A stretch of DNA of 64,000 bases from the human T2T-CHM13v2.0 reference genome, Homo sapiens: assembly GCF_009914755.1 (NCBI RefSeq), contig NC_060935.1; one strand, written 5' to 3'. Position 1 is the first letter of the stretch, and each line of letters begins with the position of its first letter. The translations under genes were made by a program, and so were the position numbers. Positions 13,011 through 26,815 of this stretch are shown here, piece by piece. A model generated the notes under the pieces. The model made no database searches. It was not told the origin of the DNA and worked only from the letters and a program-made list of their open reading frames with translations.

Positions 13011-16000
13011 TTCTCTCCCTCTGGCCAGGCACCCAAGTCAGCTGCTCCTCAAGTGACATGGCGACGGTTCCTGCCTGGCACTGCTGCTCCCCTGACTTGT
13101 TAGGATTTAGTTACTTTCTTCCCCCACAGTCTCTACATCAGTCCAATCCAGCAAGCACCATGCACCCTGCCTGCACTGGGGATATGCAGGGAAGTCTGAA
13201 ATGGGCTCCCTACCTAACACTGAAATCATTTATGCACATACTGTATATTACAAATATATACACACACATCTATGCACATACACATACTTACGCATATACG
13301 TGCTCTCAAATACTTTCTATGGTTTAAAACCAAGACTATCTTTGGTGGGTTGGATAATCCTGTAAGAGGTGGGAGACGTGAGAAGAGGGTGGAGGCTGGA
13401 GAATGGAGAGAAGGTTTCAGGGAGGAGATGGGGTAAAGGGTAGTTGGGGGGTGAGTGGGAAACAAGGTTTGTTAAGCCCCTTGTAGTTGCCATCTTCTTA
13501 ATGACCCTGTAATGTAGTCACTCCCCTTATTCCACAGAAAAGGAAACTGAGGCACAGAGGGGTGGGGCTGTTGCCATAGTAACCTGCCTGGCATTGCTGG
13601 GGTTGGCACTCATGTCCCCAGACTGGGTTCTTTGTGCTGAGCCAGGTGTGTCCAGGTTGGGAAATGGAACAACTGACTGATAGGCAATTCTGGGCGGGAT
13701 GCGGACCTCCCAGAGGACTCGCCGCCTCCTCCTCTCTCCTGTCCCCGCCCCGCGTCTCAGCACACAGAGCATGTTATATGGGATGGGGAATGATGCTGTT
13801 CTTTGTTTAAAGGACAGCAGAACTCTCCAAGGGGTAGCAGGCTGGGAATTGATTGGAATAGGTCCCCAGTTTATCTGACATCTGGGGGGCTCTCTTTCCC
13901 TGGGAGTTTCGTGCACCTGCCATTTGCAAAGGAATAAAGCATCCCCGGCAGCCTCTGCCAGGCAGCACCATGCTATGCATAACCCTGCTGTCATCCCCCA
14001 GCCTTCCCTGTCTCGTCCCACTGAATTTCATTGCCTGTCTGAAGAATCCCAGGGAATTTGGCCTCTTTCCCAGTCAGGCTCCAAAGATTCTTCATGCTCC
14101 ATTCTAGGACGTGGGGAGGTTGCCTTTGCCACCCCTTGCTTGTTCACCTCTCCAGCTGTGGGGCACCCTCACCCACAGCCTGCTCAGGAGATAGCTGAGA
14201 CTCCAGATGCACCAGCTCCGTGGCCTCCCTCCACCTCCTTGTTAAGAGTGTCTTTTGGATCAGACACCCAGACCTTTGTCCAGGTAGGAGTTAGCTTTTC
14301 ACATCATCTCTGAGGAAGAGGCGGTAAATACTCTCTCCACTTTACATATAGGACAAAATGAGGCTGCCCCCTAAAAAAAAAATTAAATTCAGGCTGCCAA
14401 ACAAAACGGGGATGTGATTTGAACTTCATCAGCAACTTAGCTGCGAGTGCCGGGACCCTAAACTCCTGAGGGCAGGGACTGTATGTGACCCGTCTTCTCT
14501 GCCTGGTGTCCTGTCTGCACAATGCCTGGCACTCAGGACATGCCAGAGACTGTTGGTTGAACAGATGTGTCCTTGCCTGACTCTTCATCTGCCTCACCGC
14601 GCCTGCCCTTGGAGCACTTCTGGGAATGGGTAAATACAGGAGTAACATGGAGACCGTACATCCCACTTCCCGGCAGCCTTTCTCATACGATCACAGTGAG
14701 TTCTCATCCTCCTTTGCCCATTCTACAGATGAAGAATGGAGCTTTGAAGAGGTTAGACAACTTCTCAAGGTCACTTAGCCAAGGAGGGCTGACCCTGAGC
14801 TTGAATCCAGAGCTTTGGGATCAGGATTGGCAGGGAGTAACCTGGCAACATCAGTGCCACTGTTGTGGGGGCCAGTGGTGAGGGCCTGTGAGGGGCACAG
14901 ATGGCGGCAGCAGAGAGTCTTTACAAGTCTCCATCGAAACCCTGTCAGGGAAGAGAGGAAAGGCCAGCATTGTGGTTTGCACAGCTGGGCTGTTTCTGAA
15001 GCATCTTAATAAATAACAGGCCTTCCCAGGGCTTCTTCCCAACCTGCCACAGCCTCCAGCTCCCTAGAAAGCCTTCTCAAAACAGGTGACAGGAAGACGG
15101 GTTGGCAGCACCTTCCCAGAGCTGTCTCTATCAGGCCAGTCCCTTGGGCTCCAACTCCACTACCCTCTCCTTCCTATGAAGAAAAAAAAAAAAAAAAGCA
15201 CAGACACACAACCAGCATCAGCTTCCCTCTCCTAATCCCTGAGACACGTGTCTCTGGACCTTCCCAGGCACTGTGCCCACTGCCTCCAGCTGAGTTTGTC
15301 CTCCGAGGCAGCCTGGTCTCATGGTAAGAGGGTTGGATAGAAATCAGAAAACTGAGATCAGAATTCTGGTCCCAGCTGTGTCCCCGTGTCTCTGTTTGCT
15401 GAGTAAGTCATGTCACCAATCTGCAATGCGAGGAGGTGGATGGGAGGCTCTCCCTCCTTTTTGGCCTGGGTGGTGAGTAACCTATGCAGGAAAGTCTTCC
15501 GGGGTTGTAGTCAAGCCATCCCCGAGTTGAATATCCCATCAGCCAGTACAGAAACCAGCAGCACGGGGCCTTGGACTGGTTACAAAGCCAACCTTTCCCT
15601 CGCCATCCCAGTGTGTGAGGCCAGTTGCTCGTCCTTCCTACCTCCGATTCTCCTCTGTGCTGGGGATTATAATACTTTATGGGATTGTCGTGAGGACTTA
15701 CATGAGATAAGCCATGTAAAATGTTTCGCACATTAACTGGAACACAATAAGCATTTGATAAATGTTGCCCTTATCATTGCTTTTGGGAGCAAACGCCTAC
15801 GTGATGTCTTTTTCCATGGGAATTGAGACCACACTCTGCCTCCTGCACCCCCACATCACCCCCACCCCCCACATTTCCCTCCCCCACCCCATACACACAT
15901 ACCCTCTGCTGGCTGGCATGCCTTTCCAAAGACAAGGCAGAATTAAGACCCTCATGTCTCAGTGACATCATTCTGGAACCCCTCCTCCCACCAGGGCCCT

Positions 16001-16845
16001 AGGCATCAAATAGCTGGTGGGTGGGAGAGGAGGGAGTGAGGGAGGGCAGGGGTAGGTCCTTGGTGCACAGTCCCTTTTTTCTGTTTTGTTCTGGGCCCAG
16101 ATTCTTGCCTGCTGGAGTGCAGTTCAAAGCCTGTTCCCTTATGATCATCATAATACTTTGTCTTAATGCAGCCACAAGGCTCTGAGGAGTTCAAAGCGTT
16201 TTACTAGATCTGTTTTCTGGGCCTTGGGATCTTAAGGGAATTGCTCCTCCACCTCCAAAATGAAAACAAAGGCTCTTACAGAGCCCAGTGTAACATTTGT
16301 GAGGGTTTAATGTGTCCGAGGCTCGGGCCTGAGCCCTTCACACGTGGCCTCTTGTAATCCTTGCCTTGGACCTGAGTGCTGGCTGCTGTGATAATTCTAA
16401 CTTCTCAATTGAGGAAACTGAGGCCAAGACAACTGGCCACATGGAGAAGTCCATGAATTAGGGAAGCAGACTCAGGCCTGGTGGTCTCTGAACCCAGGTC
16501 TTGGTCTCTGTGCATCCTATCCGGCTTTCGAGGGTGGTGGGGAGGAGGGGGGATTCTCTTATTCCACCCAAGGGAGCTTCCGTCTCTACCTTAAAAGAAC
16601 GTTCTCGAGGGAGTCAGGGGAGGTGATGGACTCAGAAGTGTTCTTTTATTTTAGATGGGATCATTGAAGCCCAAAGAGGCTGAGAAACCTGCTCAGGTTA
16701 TGATCTGTCTCCTTAATGCTGTCAGTGGGGCCAGACCCCCCGACCCCACTTCCAGCCCACATCTCCGTGCCTTCCTGCTTCTGCCCAGGTGTCTCTAGAG
16801 GCAGCTCTGTGGACCCTCAGGGGCTTCATCCTCTCTCCCCTCCAG

Positions 16846-17024
16846 GCCTTTTAAACCTAGAGAAGCTGCTCCGGCAATTCCTTATCTCCAAGGACACGCT
16901 GTCCGTCCGCATGCTGGATGACACCCGGGACCCCACCCCGCTCCTCAAGGAGATCCGGGACGACAAGACCGCCACCATCATCATCCACGCCAACGCCTCC
17001 ATGTCCCACACCATCCTCCTGAAG
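16846..17024 (+). CDS. GRIK4: GRIK4 coding exon C, (C)[11 protein letters not shown]...SMSHTILLK; 179 nt, phase 1 to 0; N-A-S sequon
   Basis: Acceptor ctccag|GC completes the TGC codon begun in exon B; donor AAG|gtggga at 17025; locally CpG-rich; lies within ORF 16716..17087. Confidence 0.97.
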
Positions 17025-18246
17025 GTGGGAGCCTCCCTCTCTCCCCCACCCCCTGCTGAGCTCCACCCTCCCCCCTCCTTGCCTTGAGGGTCCTCCTGAG
17101 CTGAGGCTGACGGAGCCCCGGGCTGGACCTGAACTCTTACAAACCTCTCTCTGTGCTTCTGTTTTCAATGAGCGGTTCCCGAAAAATGAAAGAAGAAAGC
17201 AGGGTGAGGGTGATGTCGTTTTCAGCACTGGGGCAGCAGGGCAGTAGGCAACGGAGACACCTAGATGCTGCCAAACTTAGACCCTGCTAAGGGCTCTGTG
17301 GAGAGGTCTGCGGGTTCCTAGGAGGGGCTAGGGTGGGGCACCTAAGGGGCTTGGGCAGAGGCTGTCTGCCAAATGGTATAGAAATGGTTCCGTAGTTTAA
17401 CAACAGGACCATCACACCAGTGTGTACTGCTGAATGCCAGCTCTGTCTTTAGTCCTGACACGGTGCACAACAGTTACACAGCACTTCTGTGTAGTCGATC
17501 TCCCAGCGTAGAGCTCTCAGCAATGACATGAGGTAGGTATAATGTCTTCCCTCACAGAAGAGGGAACTGAGACTCTGGGAGATGAACAGATGCGTCCAAG
17601 GCCCAGCCCTGAGTGGAGCAGGGCTGAGCCTGCACAACCCTCTCTTATCTGCAAATCAGGTAGTGTCTCCTAAGCTCCTGGAGTTGGAGGGGCAGTGCCA
17701 GCCCCTGAGTCAGAACATGCACACTGGAAACCAGAACTCTGTGAGTGAGGCTGATCCAAGAGAGAGAGACGTCGGGAGCCTAGGGGCCCCACACAGGACA
17801 AACTGCTGGAAATAGCTGGGTAGCATCGGAGTCACCTGACGTCAGTTCCTGGGCTGGTGGCTGGGCTGGGCATGAACTTCGGAGAGAACGGGCCCCGTTT
17901 CCAGGCTCCTTGGCGGCTCCCCCAACCTCTCCAGGCGCACTGGCCTCTTCTAATGCCATTTTAATTGCACGTTTAAGCACAACCTGCCGTCTTCCACTGG
18001 GGGAGCGAGGCTCCTCGTTAACCTCTGCCAAGCTGTGAGGAGCCCGCAGACACTCAGATGATTGTCTCCCCTCCTTCCCTCCCTCCCTCCCAGCTGCCCC
18101 TCCTCAGCTCGTTTTTGACTCAGAGTTAATAAGAGATTTGAATGAGTTCTCTCAGTACTGAGGGCTGTCCCTTCAGCCCGTTGCTATAGTAATCTTCCAG
18201 AGCTCCAAAGCCATGTCTGTCTGTGTGCGTATACCCAACTCACATT

Positions 18247-18310
18247 ATCTCTCTCTCTTTCTTTCTCTCTCTCTCTTTCTCTCTGACACACACACACACA
18301 CACACACGGA
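18247..18310 (+). repeat. Compound microsatellite, imperfect (CT)n followed by (AC)11
   Basis: Read directly from the sequence. Confidence 0.95.
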
Positions 18311-18629
18311 AACACAATATTTTTCTCTTTTCTTCCTTTTCCTCTGTTTTCTCTTATGCCTGGAGCCATGATCAATGAAGTCATTAAGGGTAGAAAAGCT
18401 CCACCAAGTTTCACGAGAGGAGAGGGGCCCTCTTTAGGGAAGGTTGGGAGCAGGCAGTGAGAGCTTCAGCTTAGTAGATAGATGTCCCTCCACCACCCTT
18501 GTGGAAGGTAGCTCAGAATACACAGGTTCCCCCTGTGGTAGCTGGAGCCTGCCTGAACAGCCCCCAGGTAGAAGCTTCTGGGGGCCAGCCTTGTGCCCTC
18601 CATAGCTCCCAGCATCTGATGTTGCACTA

Positions 18630-19245
18630 TTATTTTTTTTATTCGAATAGCATTACTAGTTCATTGTTGAAATTTTGGAACATATAGAACAGAAAGCACA
18701 TAGAAGAAACTAAAAATTATTCACAATCCTATCACCCAGAGCTATTTAACCACTGTTAAATTTTGATGTCTGTTTTTTTCTGCTTTACAGACACATTTTT
18801 CCCCCAAATTATTGTCATACTGCACAAACTTTTCTGTAAGCGCTTTTTGTCCACACTTAATTCTATGCCGTGCATTTTCCCCATGTCATTAAACATTTTT
18901 CTAGAAATATTTTAATGGCTGCCTCATTTCCTATCATACAGAGTTCCCATAATTTATTTAACCATCACTTTATTGTTGGAGATACAGGTTGTTTCAAATC
19001 TTTTGCTACAATAAATAATGCTGAGGTGCACATCTTTGTACATAAATCTTTATACACATTCATGAATATTTCCCCAGCATACATTTCTAGAAGTGGAATT
19101 ACTGAGTTAAAGGTACGCATGCTTTTAAGGATTCTGATATGATTTGCCAGATTGCATTTTAGAAAGGCTGTAACAGTTTACACTTTCGCCAGCAGCATAT
19201 AGGTGTCTTATAGCACCCTTGCCAATACTGGGTATGTTAATTAAA
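18630..19245 (-). mobile_element. Old L1 (L1ME-like) 3' fragment
   Basis: aataatgctg...catctttgtacat...tagaagtggaattactgagttaaaggt...ttgccagattgc...cttgccaatactggg are typical reverse L1M 3' motifs. Confidence 0.8.
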
Positions 19246-19254
19246 AACACTTTA

Positions 19255-19257
<3 letters not shown>

Positions 19258-19290
<33 letters not shown>
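19258..19290 (+). repeat. (TG)16 microsatellite
   Basis: Read directly from the sequence. Confidence 0.95.
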
Positions 19291-19291
<1 letters not shown>

Positions 19292-20219
19292 CCATGCTTT
19301 TGAAGGAAGCTCTGCCTGTAGTGTAGTGATCATTATTAGCAAATGGTTCTGCTCGATGCCTCAGGGCTGTCTTTCCTGAGCTCACCTGTCAGCCCCAACT
19401 CCTGTGACATTGGAGCCACACTGATCAATGAGCAGCAAGGCTTCAGGAAAGCCTGTTCCCTTTGCCCATTTGCCTTCCCAATGGCCCAGGCAGGCAGGCG
19501 TTCCATCAGGCCTGGCCTCTGTCCTCATGCTTCCCTGGGGCTCCGTACTCTTCCCTCCAGGAGGGCACAACAGGGCCTCTCAGGGCCTCAGCAAGGATGG
19601 GAAGCAGAGTGGGCAGGGAGCACACGGGGCCTCTGGGAGACTCAGTGTGCACGTGGGAGTCCAGCCCCTAGAGCTTGGCAACACTCTGCCATCTCTTGAT
19701 TTCAGGAGGATTTGCAGAGCAATCCCTGATTTTATTGAGCGGCTGTTCCAGCAACGAACTCCATGTTTACCCAGAAATCAGGCCTTAAAAACCAAGGATC
19801 TCTTGTCTTTTATCTCTAGGACAGCAGATTTCACAAAGCGGGTTTTAGCTCCCCACTGTGACCCCGCCCGGACCCTCTGCCCCCAGCCTGTCGCTGTAAG
19901 CAGCGGGCTCGCTCCGTGGGTCGCATCCGTCTAGGCAGGGGTGAGATGCAGCAGCACTCTTACTTGGACAGTGTGATTGTGTGTGTGCAGTGGGGCGTAG
20001 GATGGGTTGGTCATCTTGCCACATCATCCTCTTGAAAGTGAAGGAGGAAATATAGCTTGGCCTGGAGGAAGAAGGAGCCTCACCAAAGAGGCTTTGAGCT
20101 CCCTTGTGCCCTGAGACTCCTGCCCCAGTCACTGAGCATTTGCCCTCCAGCTTCCCATTGGAACAACCATGATAGAGTTACCCCCGACCTGCTCCTCAGG
20201 GAGCCTGCAAGTGTTCCTA

Positions 20220-20699
<480 letters not shown>

Positions 20700-21169
20700 C
20701 TAGCCGACTGTCAGGAGGGATGAGGGTCCCCAGAGAGAACGGGGCTCATTATTTTCCTGATCTACGTGTCAGTTTCTATAGTACCTGTCACACTCAAAGC
20801 CAGGCACACTGACGGGGAAGGTTGGCTAGGGGTATTTATGACGGGTACAAAGATCAGACAAAAGGGAGACTCTTCTGATGTAGCAGTTCTCAACTGTGGA
20901 GTGATGCCACACTGATGCGCTGTGATCAAGGGTGAGGCATGCCACAGGCAACTGATTCCTTACGACAAATAAAGGACCCAAGTTTGCAAATGAGTCACTT
21001 GTTTCCGACGTCACTGCAGATTCAAGAATACCCTTATGACTCTGCCCTGCACTCTGACAGAGTGGAGTTGATTTGCATTGCTACAACCTACGGACTCTCT
21101 TATCTATGCCAGGGCCCCAAAGAGAGTTGTGTTTGTGGTTCCATCAGTGTGACAGTCCTGAAGGGGGAG

Positions 21170-21410
21170 TATAGAGTTTGGATAAAAGCACTGAAATTAG
21201 GCTGCCTGGATTTGCTTTTATCTTTTCCATTAATGAGACATGTGATCTTGTGCAAGTCACTTAGCCTTTCGTTGTGTCAGTTTCCTCAGCTGTAAAATGG
21301 GGTTGGGGAGGAATAATAGCGCCAACCTCATAGAGTTATCCCATGTAGAATGCTTGAGAGTGCCTGACACATACTAAACAGTGGGTTAGTGTTAGCCATT
21401 GTTATTGTTA
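21170..21410 (+). mobile_element. MIR
   Basis: tgtgatcttgtgcaagtcacttagcc...cagtttcctcagctgtaaaatgggg...ataatag...tgcctgacacatactaaac. Confidence 0.75.
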
Positions 21411-21780
21411 ATAGCTGTGGAGATCATTATTGTAGTCTTTTTTATTATTTGCTTCATTTCCCTAAAAGTCATTTTGGTTTCAGTAATGTCTGGCTATATC
21501 CATGGGAGTATGTTGTGTACAAGAACACCAGCTACTACGCATGCCACTGCAGGGGTAGGGGGCCAGGCGGAGGTGGAGAGACCCCGCTCTTGAGACCAGA
21601 ATTTCTGTGCTCCATCCTCTAAGATCAAGGGCAACATAAGAACTAATCAAGATGTTCTGTTCTGCCTGGTGCCAAGGGGCAGTGGGCCAGACAAATGGTA
21701 GACACTTGGAACCCCTACTGCTCATTTGCTTCAAGTGAGTTTTTGTTTTCTTCTCTAATCTCCTTCTCTTCGCCTTGCAG

Positions 21781-21834
21781 GCAGCCGAACTTGGGATGGT
21801 GTCAGCCTATTACACATACATCTTCACTAATCTG
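21781..21834 (+). CDS. GRIK4: GRIK4 coding exon D, AAELGMVSAYYTYIFTNL; 54 nt, phase 0 to 0 (absent from the ORF track)
   Basis: Branch-like ctaat, pyrimidine tract and ttgcag acceptor ending at 21780; donor CTG|gtaaga at 21835. It fills exactly the gap between ...ILLK and EFSLQR... Confidence 0.96.
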
Positions 21835-23732
21835 GTAAGATGTTCTCACAGCTCACCTCCTTGGAAGAGAGTGTTGTCAGTGGTCAGGATTGATGGATTA
21901 TAAGGGAAAAAGCCCAGGGGATGACGAGTACAGGAGATAGAAGCAGAGGAGCAGAAGCCAACCAGAGAGGCAGGGCGTCCTGGAAATTCTCATCCCAATA
22001 ATTCTGAGCCACAGGAGAATGAGGATTTGGGGAATCTAATGCCTCCATTCAAATGCCGCTAGCTACATAAAGCGAATTCTGGGCTGTAGTGTGATGGACG
22101 AGCCTCCTCAGTAGGTCCAGTTACTGGCCTGCAGTCTAGTCTCTACATGGACTTAGGGATCAGGTGTCCTAAAAAGTCCTGTGAGGTTTAGAAGATGACA
22201 GCCCAGAGAGACAGGCTTGGACTCTGAGATCCTTGTTCTTTTCCAGCTGTCGGTGTCTATGAACAGTCCTTTCCAGGGGCTGCTGTGGGATTGTTAACCC
22301 TGTAGCATCTGACAGGCCTTTGTTCTCAGAGTTGAAACAGACCTTAGAGGAATTTAGTGTGACCTTTCTTCTGGTATAGGGACTCCCACAACAGGCTTGT
22401 CAGGAAGCCGTTCAGCCTTCTCTTGAACTTGAGTAGAAGTGCCTAGTTTGCCACCACCATCCAAATACCTGCCCCATTGTTGGGCATCTTCATGGTAGTC
22501 TAGCGTGCACATAGATGAAAGCCACACATATTATATGCGCGTAGCTTAAGAAAACTTTTTCCAAGTAAGCACACCTGTGTAAGCAGCACACAGCTCCAGA
22601 AATAGAGCATTACCAGCACCCCAGAATCCCCCTCATGCCCCTCAAAACATAAAACAGATGAACTTGTTTCCTTTTTTTTTTTTTAACCTAACACTGCTGC
22701 TATAAATTAGAGCATTAATATGTAAAAAGGGAGAAAAGGATTAGACTACTCCCAGAGCAAAGCAAAAGCATTTGCTTAAAGTAAGGAGGCATCTGGGGGA
22801 GCCTGGGCAAGTTGGCAAAGGAGCAAAGAGAGATTAAAGTACAGTTGTGTTCCATTTTGGGAGCCTGGGAAATAGAAGGAGGAGAGGGAAAAGGCAGGCC
22901 AGTGCCAGCCTGCCAGAGAGGCTCCCTAAATTAGGCCGGCAACATGAGTAGAGGAGGAAGGAACTGGGCAACGAGGTGTCGCTGGGGTGATTTAGCAGAT
23001 GGAAGGAAGCCATTCATTTGGAATATGAGTTCCCAGGACAGTCACCGGAATGAGGTGGAGTTGCTTGGCTTAGAGGTTTTTAAGACAGCATCCTCCACAG
23101 TGTACCACTATTTCCCATTCATAGAAATCATAAGAATGATGGTGATGATATTATCTAGTGGAAAAAGCACTGGCCTGTGAAGTCAGGAGGCCCAGAGTCA
23201 AGTCCTGACTCAGCCTTATGCTCACTGTGAGCCTTTGGTTGAGTCGCAGTGACTCTCTGAACCACAGTTTTCTCATTTTAAAAATGGGGACATAAAACCT
23301 TACAAGTTTATTATGAGGATTAACTGGAATTCTGTAAGTAAAAATGTATTTTAAATAACAAAGTCCTATATGTTTCTAAGGCATTATATTTAGAAAAATA
23401 TATAGCTCTATGATGCTTTCAGTTTTCAAAGAGCTTTTCTCCTTTTTGGGTGGGCATGAATGAGATCAGCTTTGGGAATTAACAGGACTCATGGAATTAA
23501 CAGTTTGTAAGTTTGCAAGAGGAAATCATGATGAAAAGTAACTGTATAAATGATGCTGGTTGAATAATAGTCAAGAAAACGACAGCAGAACCATTGCAAA
23601 AATCTGCCAGTAAGAGAATATTCTAGAAGCTTCTCATGAGTGTGTTGGCTTTCTAAAAGGGACAAACCTCTAATAGGAGTAAAGAAACTGTTTTTAGGAC
23701 CACTCTTTCTGCCCAGTTGCAGTTGGTGTTTT

Positions 23733-24077
23733 TTTTGTTTGTTTGCTTTTTATTTTGTTTTTGTGTGTGTGTGTTTTGTTTTTGCTTTTTTTGAGACAGA
23801 ATCTCGCTCTGTCACCCAGGCTGAAGTGCAGTAGTGCCATCTTGATTCACCTTCCAACCTCTGCCTCCCAGGTTCAAGCCATTCTCCTGCCTCCGCCTCC
23901 CAAGTAGCTGGGATTACAGGCACACGCCACCATGCCTCGCTAATTTTTGTATTTTTAGTAGAGACGGCGTTTCACAACATTGGCTAGGCTGCTCTCAAAC
24001 TCCTGACTTCAGGTGATCTGCCTGCCTTGGCCTCCAAAAAAGGCTGGGATTACAGGTGTGAGCCACTGCATCTGGCC
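23733..24077 (-). mobile_element. AluS-type SINE, antisense
   Basis: Reverse Alu; 13-bp TSD cagttggtgtttt at 23720-23732 and 24078-24090. Confidence 0.95.
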
Positions 24078-25759
24078 CAGTTGGTGTTTTGGGCCATAGA
24101 GGGAGGGGCTTCATCCAGAGGGTAATGAGTTGTCTTCTGCATTCTCCAGTCCCTTCTCCCCAATACAGATGCCAGCTGGGTTTTCATTCTTATTTCTTCT
24201 TTCTCTGAATCCCTTGGGGATCTCCACCATGTCTCATCACTCTGAATTCTGCTACAGTGATGCAGTAGGTCCTCAGATCAGCTTTTAGAGAACAAGCATG
24301 GTGAACGGGAAAGGCATGGATGGACCTTGGCATTAGGTACTCATGACTCAAAACTTTTGTTTGACTAGCTACTGGCTGTGTGATCCTGTGCAGTTTACTT
24401 AACCTTTCTGAGCCCCAGGAACCTCTTCTGTAAGTGGACACTAATAGTACCTGCCTCGGGAGATAATGTACACATAGCAATGGACTCACAATACGAGTTT
24501 ATTTAGGAGAAGGTGTTATTTTAAGAAGTCCAGCTTATGCCTCCCATGGGCTAAAATGAATGGAAGATGCTTATTTTGCTCCCCAGCCATGCATGACCTG
24601 TGAAAGTGACTCCTAAAATGCCATTTTATTTATTTCCAGATAAGAAATAGGACTAGGTAGTATGGTTATTGTGTGTGACTGAACTGACCATTGTAGGGTT
24701 TATTTGTGTCGGTAATTACTGAGTAATTGATCAAATGCCCATACCTCACTCCCATCCAGGCATAAAGAAAAGTGATTGATTTAGGGCATCTGTAATAAAT
24801 GAATTAGGTTGACTGCTGTGGATTCTGTCAGTTGATTACCCATCACAAGAATTGGGACAAAATTATCCATCACGAATCGAACTTCTAAACCATCAGTTCA
24901 TTTGACCCTATAGAAACACAGCTTCTCTCTCTGTCAGGGTCCAGTCAGCAGAAGAGTGAGTGTTCTAACCCTGAGCCTTGGGTGACAGAGGTGACTGATG
25001 CAATAAGAGGAACTGAGCCAGAGAGAGCGGAGGCTGCTCGGGGGTCACACAGCCATCACAGGCGGAGCTGGAAGAAGCTGGGCAAGTCCAGGGAAGGGCC
25101 AGGTCTCTGGTGCAGGGGAAGCTGGGCTCAGTGACAGGGTGACAGTGAGGTGTCAGGCAATGGAGAGAGACACTTCTGCAGGAGGGGAGAGAGCAGCAGA
25201 CAGGGACAGCCCCTCTCCAGAACAGAGGAGGAAGTCAGTGACAGGAAGTATGGAGATGAAGGCACACAGTCAGAGGAAACAGTGAACTGACATCTGGGCC
25301 TTTTATTTATATTATCTATTTCAAAATGAGATCTGGGTGGTCGGAACTGATGTTAGAGACTTGATCAGTGAAACAGCATCATGCCCCTGCTTCTGGTTCT
25401 AGTGGGTCAGGAATCATTCCCCACAGAGGAAATCTCTGATCAACAGACAGCAATGGCACCTGGTTAAGGTGGGAGCTCTGGGGCAGAGGGTCAGCTTATG
25501 AGGTCCAAATCGTGAGAACTTGACAGGTAAATTGACAGCACTTGGCCAGAGGTCGGGCACGCAGAGAGCAACTATGAGGAAGTAAGTCCTGGCAGGTAGA
25601 CTGAGGCAGGGGGTCAAAAGTCCAGGCCAAAGTGAAGTGGACCGATTAAGGAACAAATTAAGAGAAATAAAATTACTGTGCAGAGTCATAAAAGCATGCC
25701 AACACAGAGAACTAGTTTCTGCCTTCATCCAGAAATCAATCTGCCTGCCTGCCTGCCTT

Positions 25760-26815
25760 TGTTTGCAGTTTAGTGGCGTTAATTATATTCTTAGTGTTGT
25801 ACAACCATCACCACTATATATTTCTAAAACTTCATCCAGCCAAACAGAAACTCTGTACCCATTAAGCAATAGCTCCCCATTCCCCCTCCCCATGGCCTGT
25901 GGTAACCTCCATGTTATTTTCTTCTCAGTGAGTTTGCCTATTCTAGCTAGGTGCCTCATAGAAGTGGAATTATACAATATTTATCTTTTGTGTCTAGTTT
26001 ATTTCACTCAGCATAATGTTTTCTAGGTTCATTCATGTTGTAGCATGTGTCAGAAATTGCATTTCTTTTTTTTAAGCTTTGTATTATTGTGGTGAAATAT
26101 ATGTGACATAAAATTTGCCATTGTAACCATATTTAAGTACACTTTTCAGTGGCATGAAGTACATCCACATTGTTATGCAACCACCAATACCATCCACCTC
26201 CAGAACATTTTTCACCTTTTCAGAATGAAACTCTGTACCCATTAGACGCAAACTCCCCATGTCTTTTTGCACCCAGGCCCTGGCAACCACCATTCTAATT
26301 TCTCTCTGTATGGATATGACTACTCTAGGTATTTCATATAAGTGGAATCATATAATATTTGTCCTTTTGTGTTTGGCTCCGTTTACTTAGATTCATGTCT
26401 TTAGGGTTCATTCATATGTCAGAATTGCCTGCCTTTTTAAGGCCAAATAATATACTATGTGTGTGTAGACACACACATACCAGATTTTGTGTATCCGTTC
26501 ATTCATCGATGGACACGTGGGTCGCCTCCACCTTTTGGCTATTGTGAATAATGCTGGCATGAACTTGGGTGTGCAAATGTCTGTTCAAGTCCCTGCTTTC
26601 AATCCTTTTGTGTATATGCCTAAGAGTGGAATTGCTGGGTCATGTGGTAATTATCCGTTTATTTATTGAGAAACCACCGAACATTTTCCAGAATGACCAC
26701 ACCATTTTTCGTTCCTGTCAGCAATGTACAAAGGTCCCGGTTTCTCTGCAACCTTGACAATACTTGCTATTTTTCATTTTTAAAAATAATAGCCATCTCG
26801 ATGGGTGTCAAGTAG
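25760..26815 (-). mobile_element. Two adjacent L1MB-like 3' ends (about 25760-26070 and 26073-26815)
   Basis: Both carry gaaactctgtacccatta...ctccccat and aagtggaat(t/c)ata; the second continues through aagagtggaattgctgggtcat...atagccatctcgatgggtgt. Confidence 0.85.

Noticed and set aside
15182-15197. Isolated A16 run as a retrocopy tail or poly(A) site
   Set aside because: No upstream retroposed body, TSD or AATAAA; more likely an oligo-dT internal-priming hazard.
17221-17240. ttcagcactggggcagc resembling a REST/NRSE site
   Set aside because: The left half has a mismatch, the spacer is one base short and the right half is not GGACAG; too weak to call.
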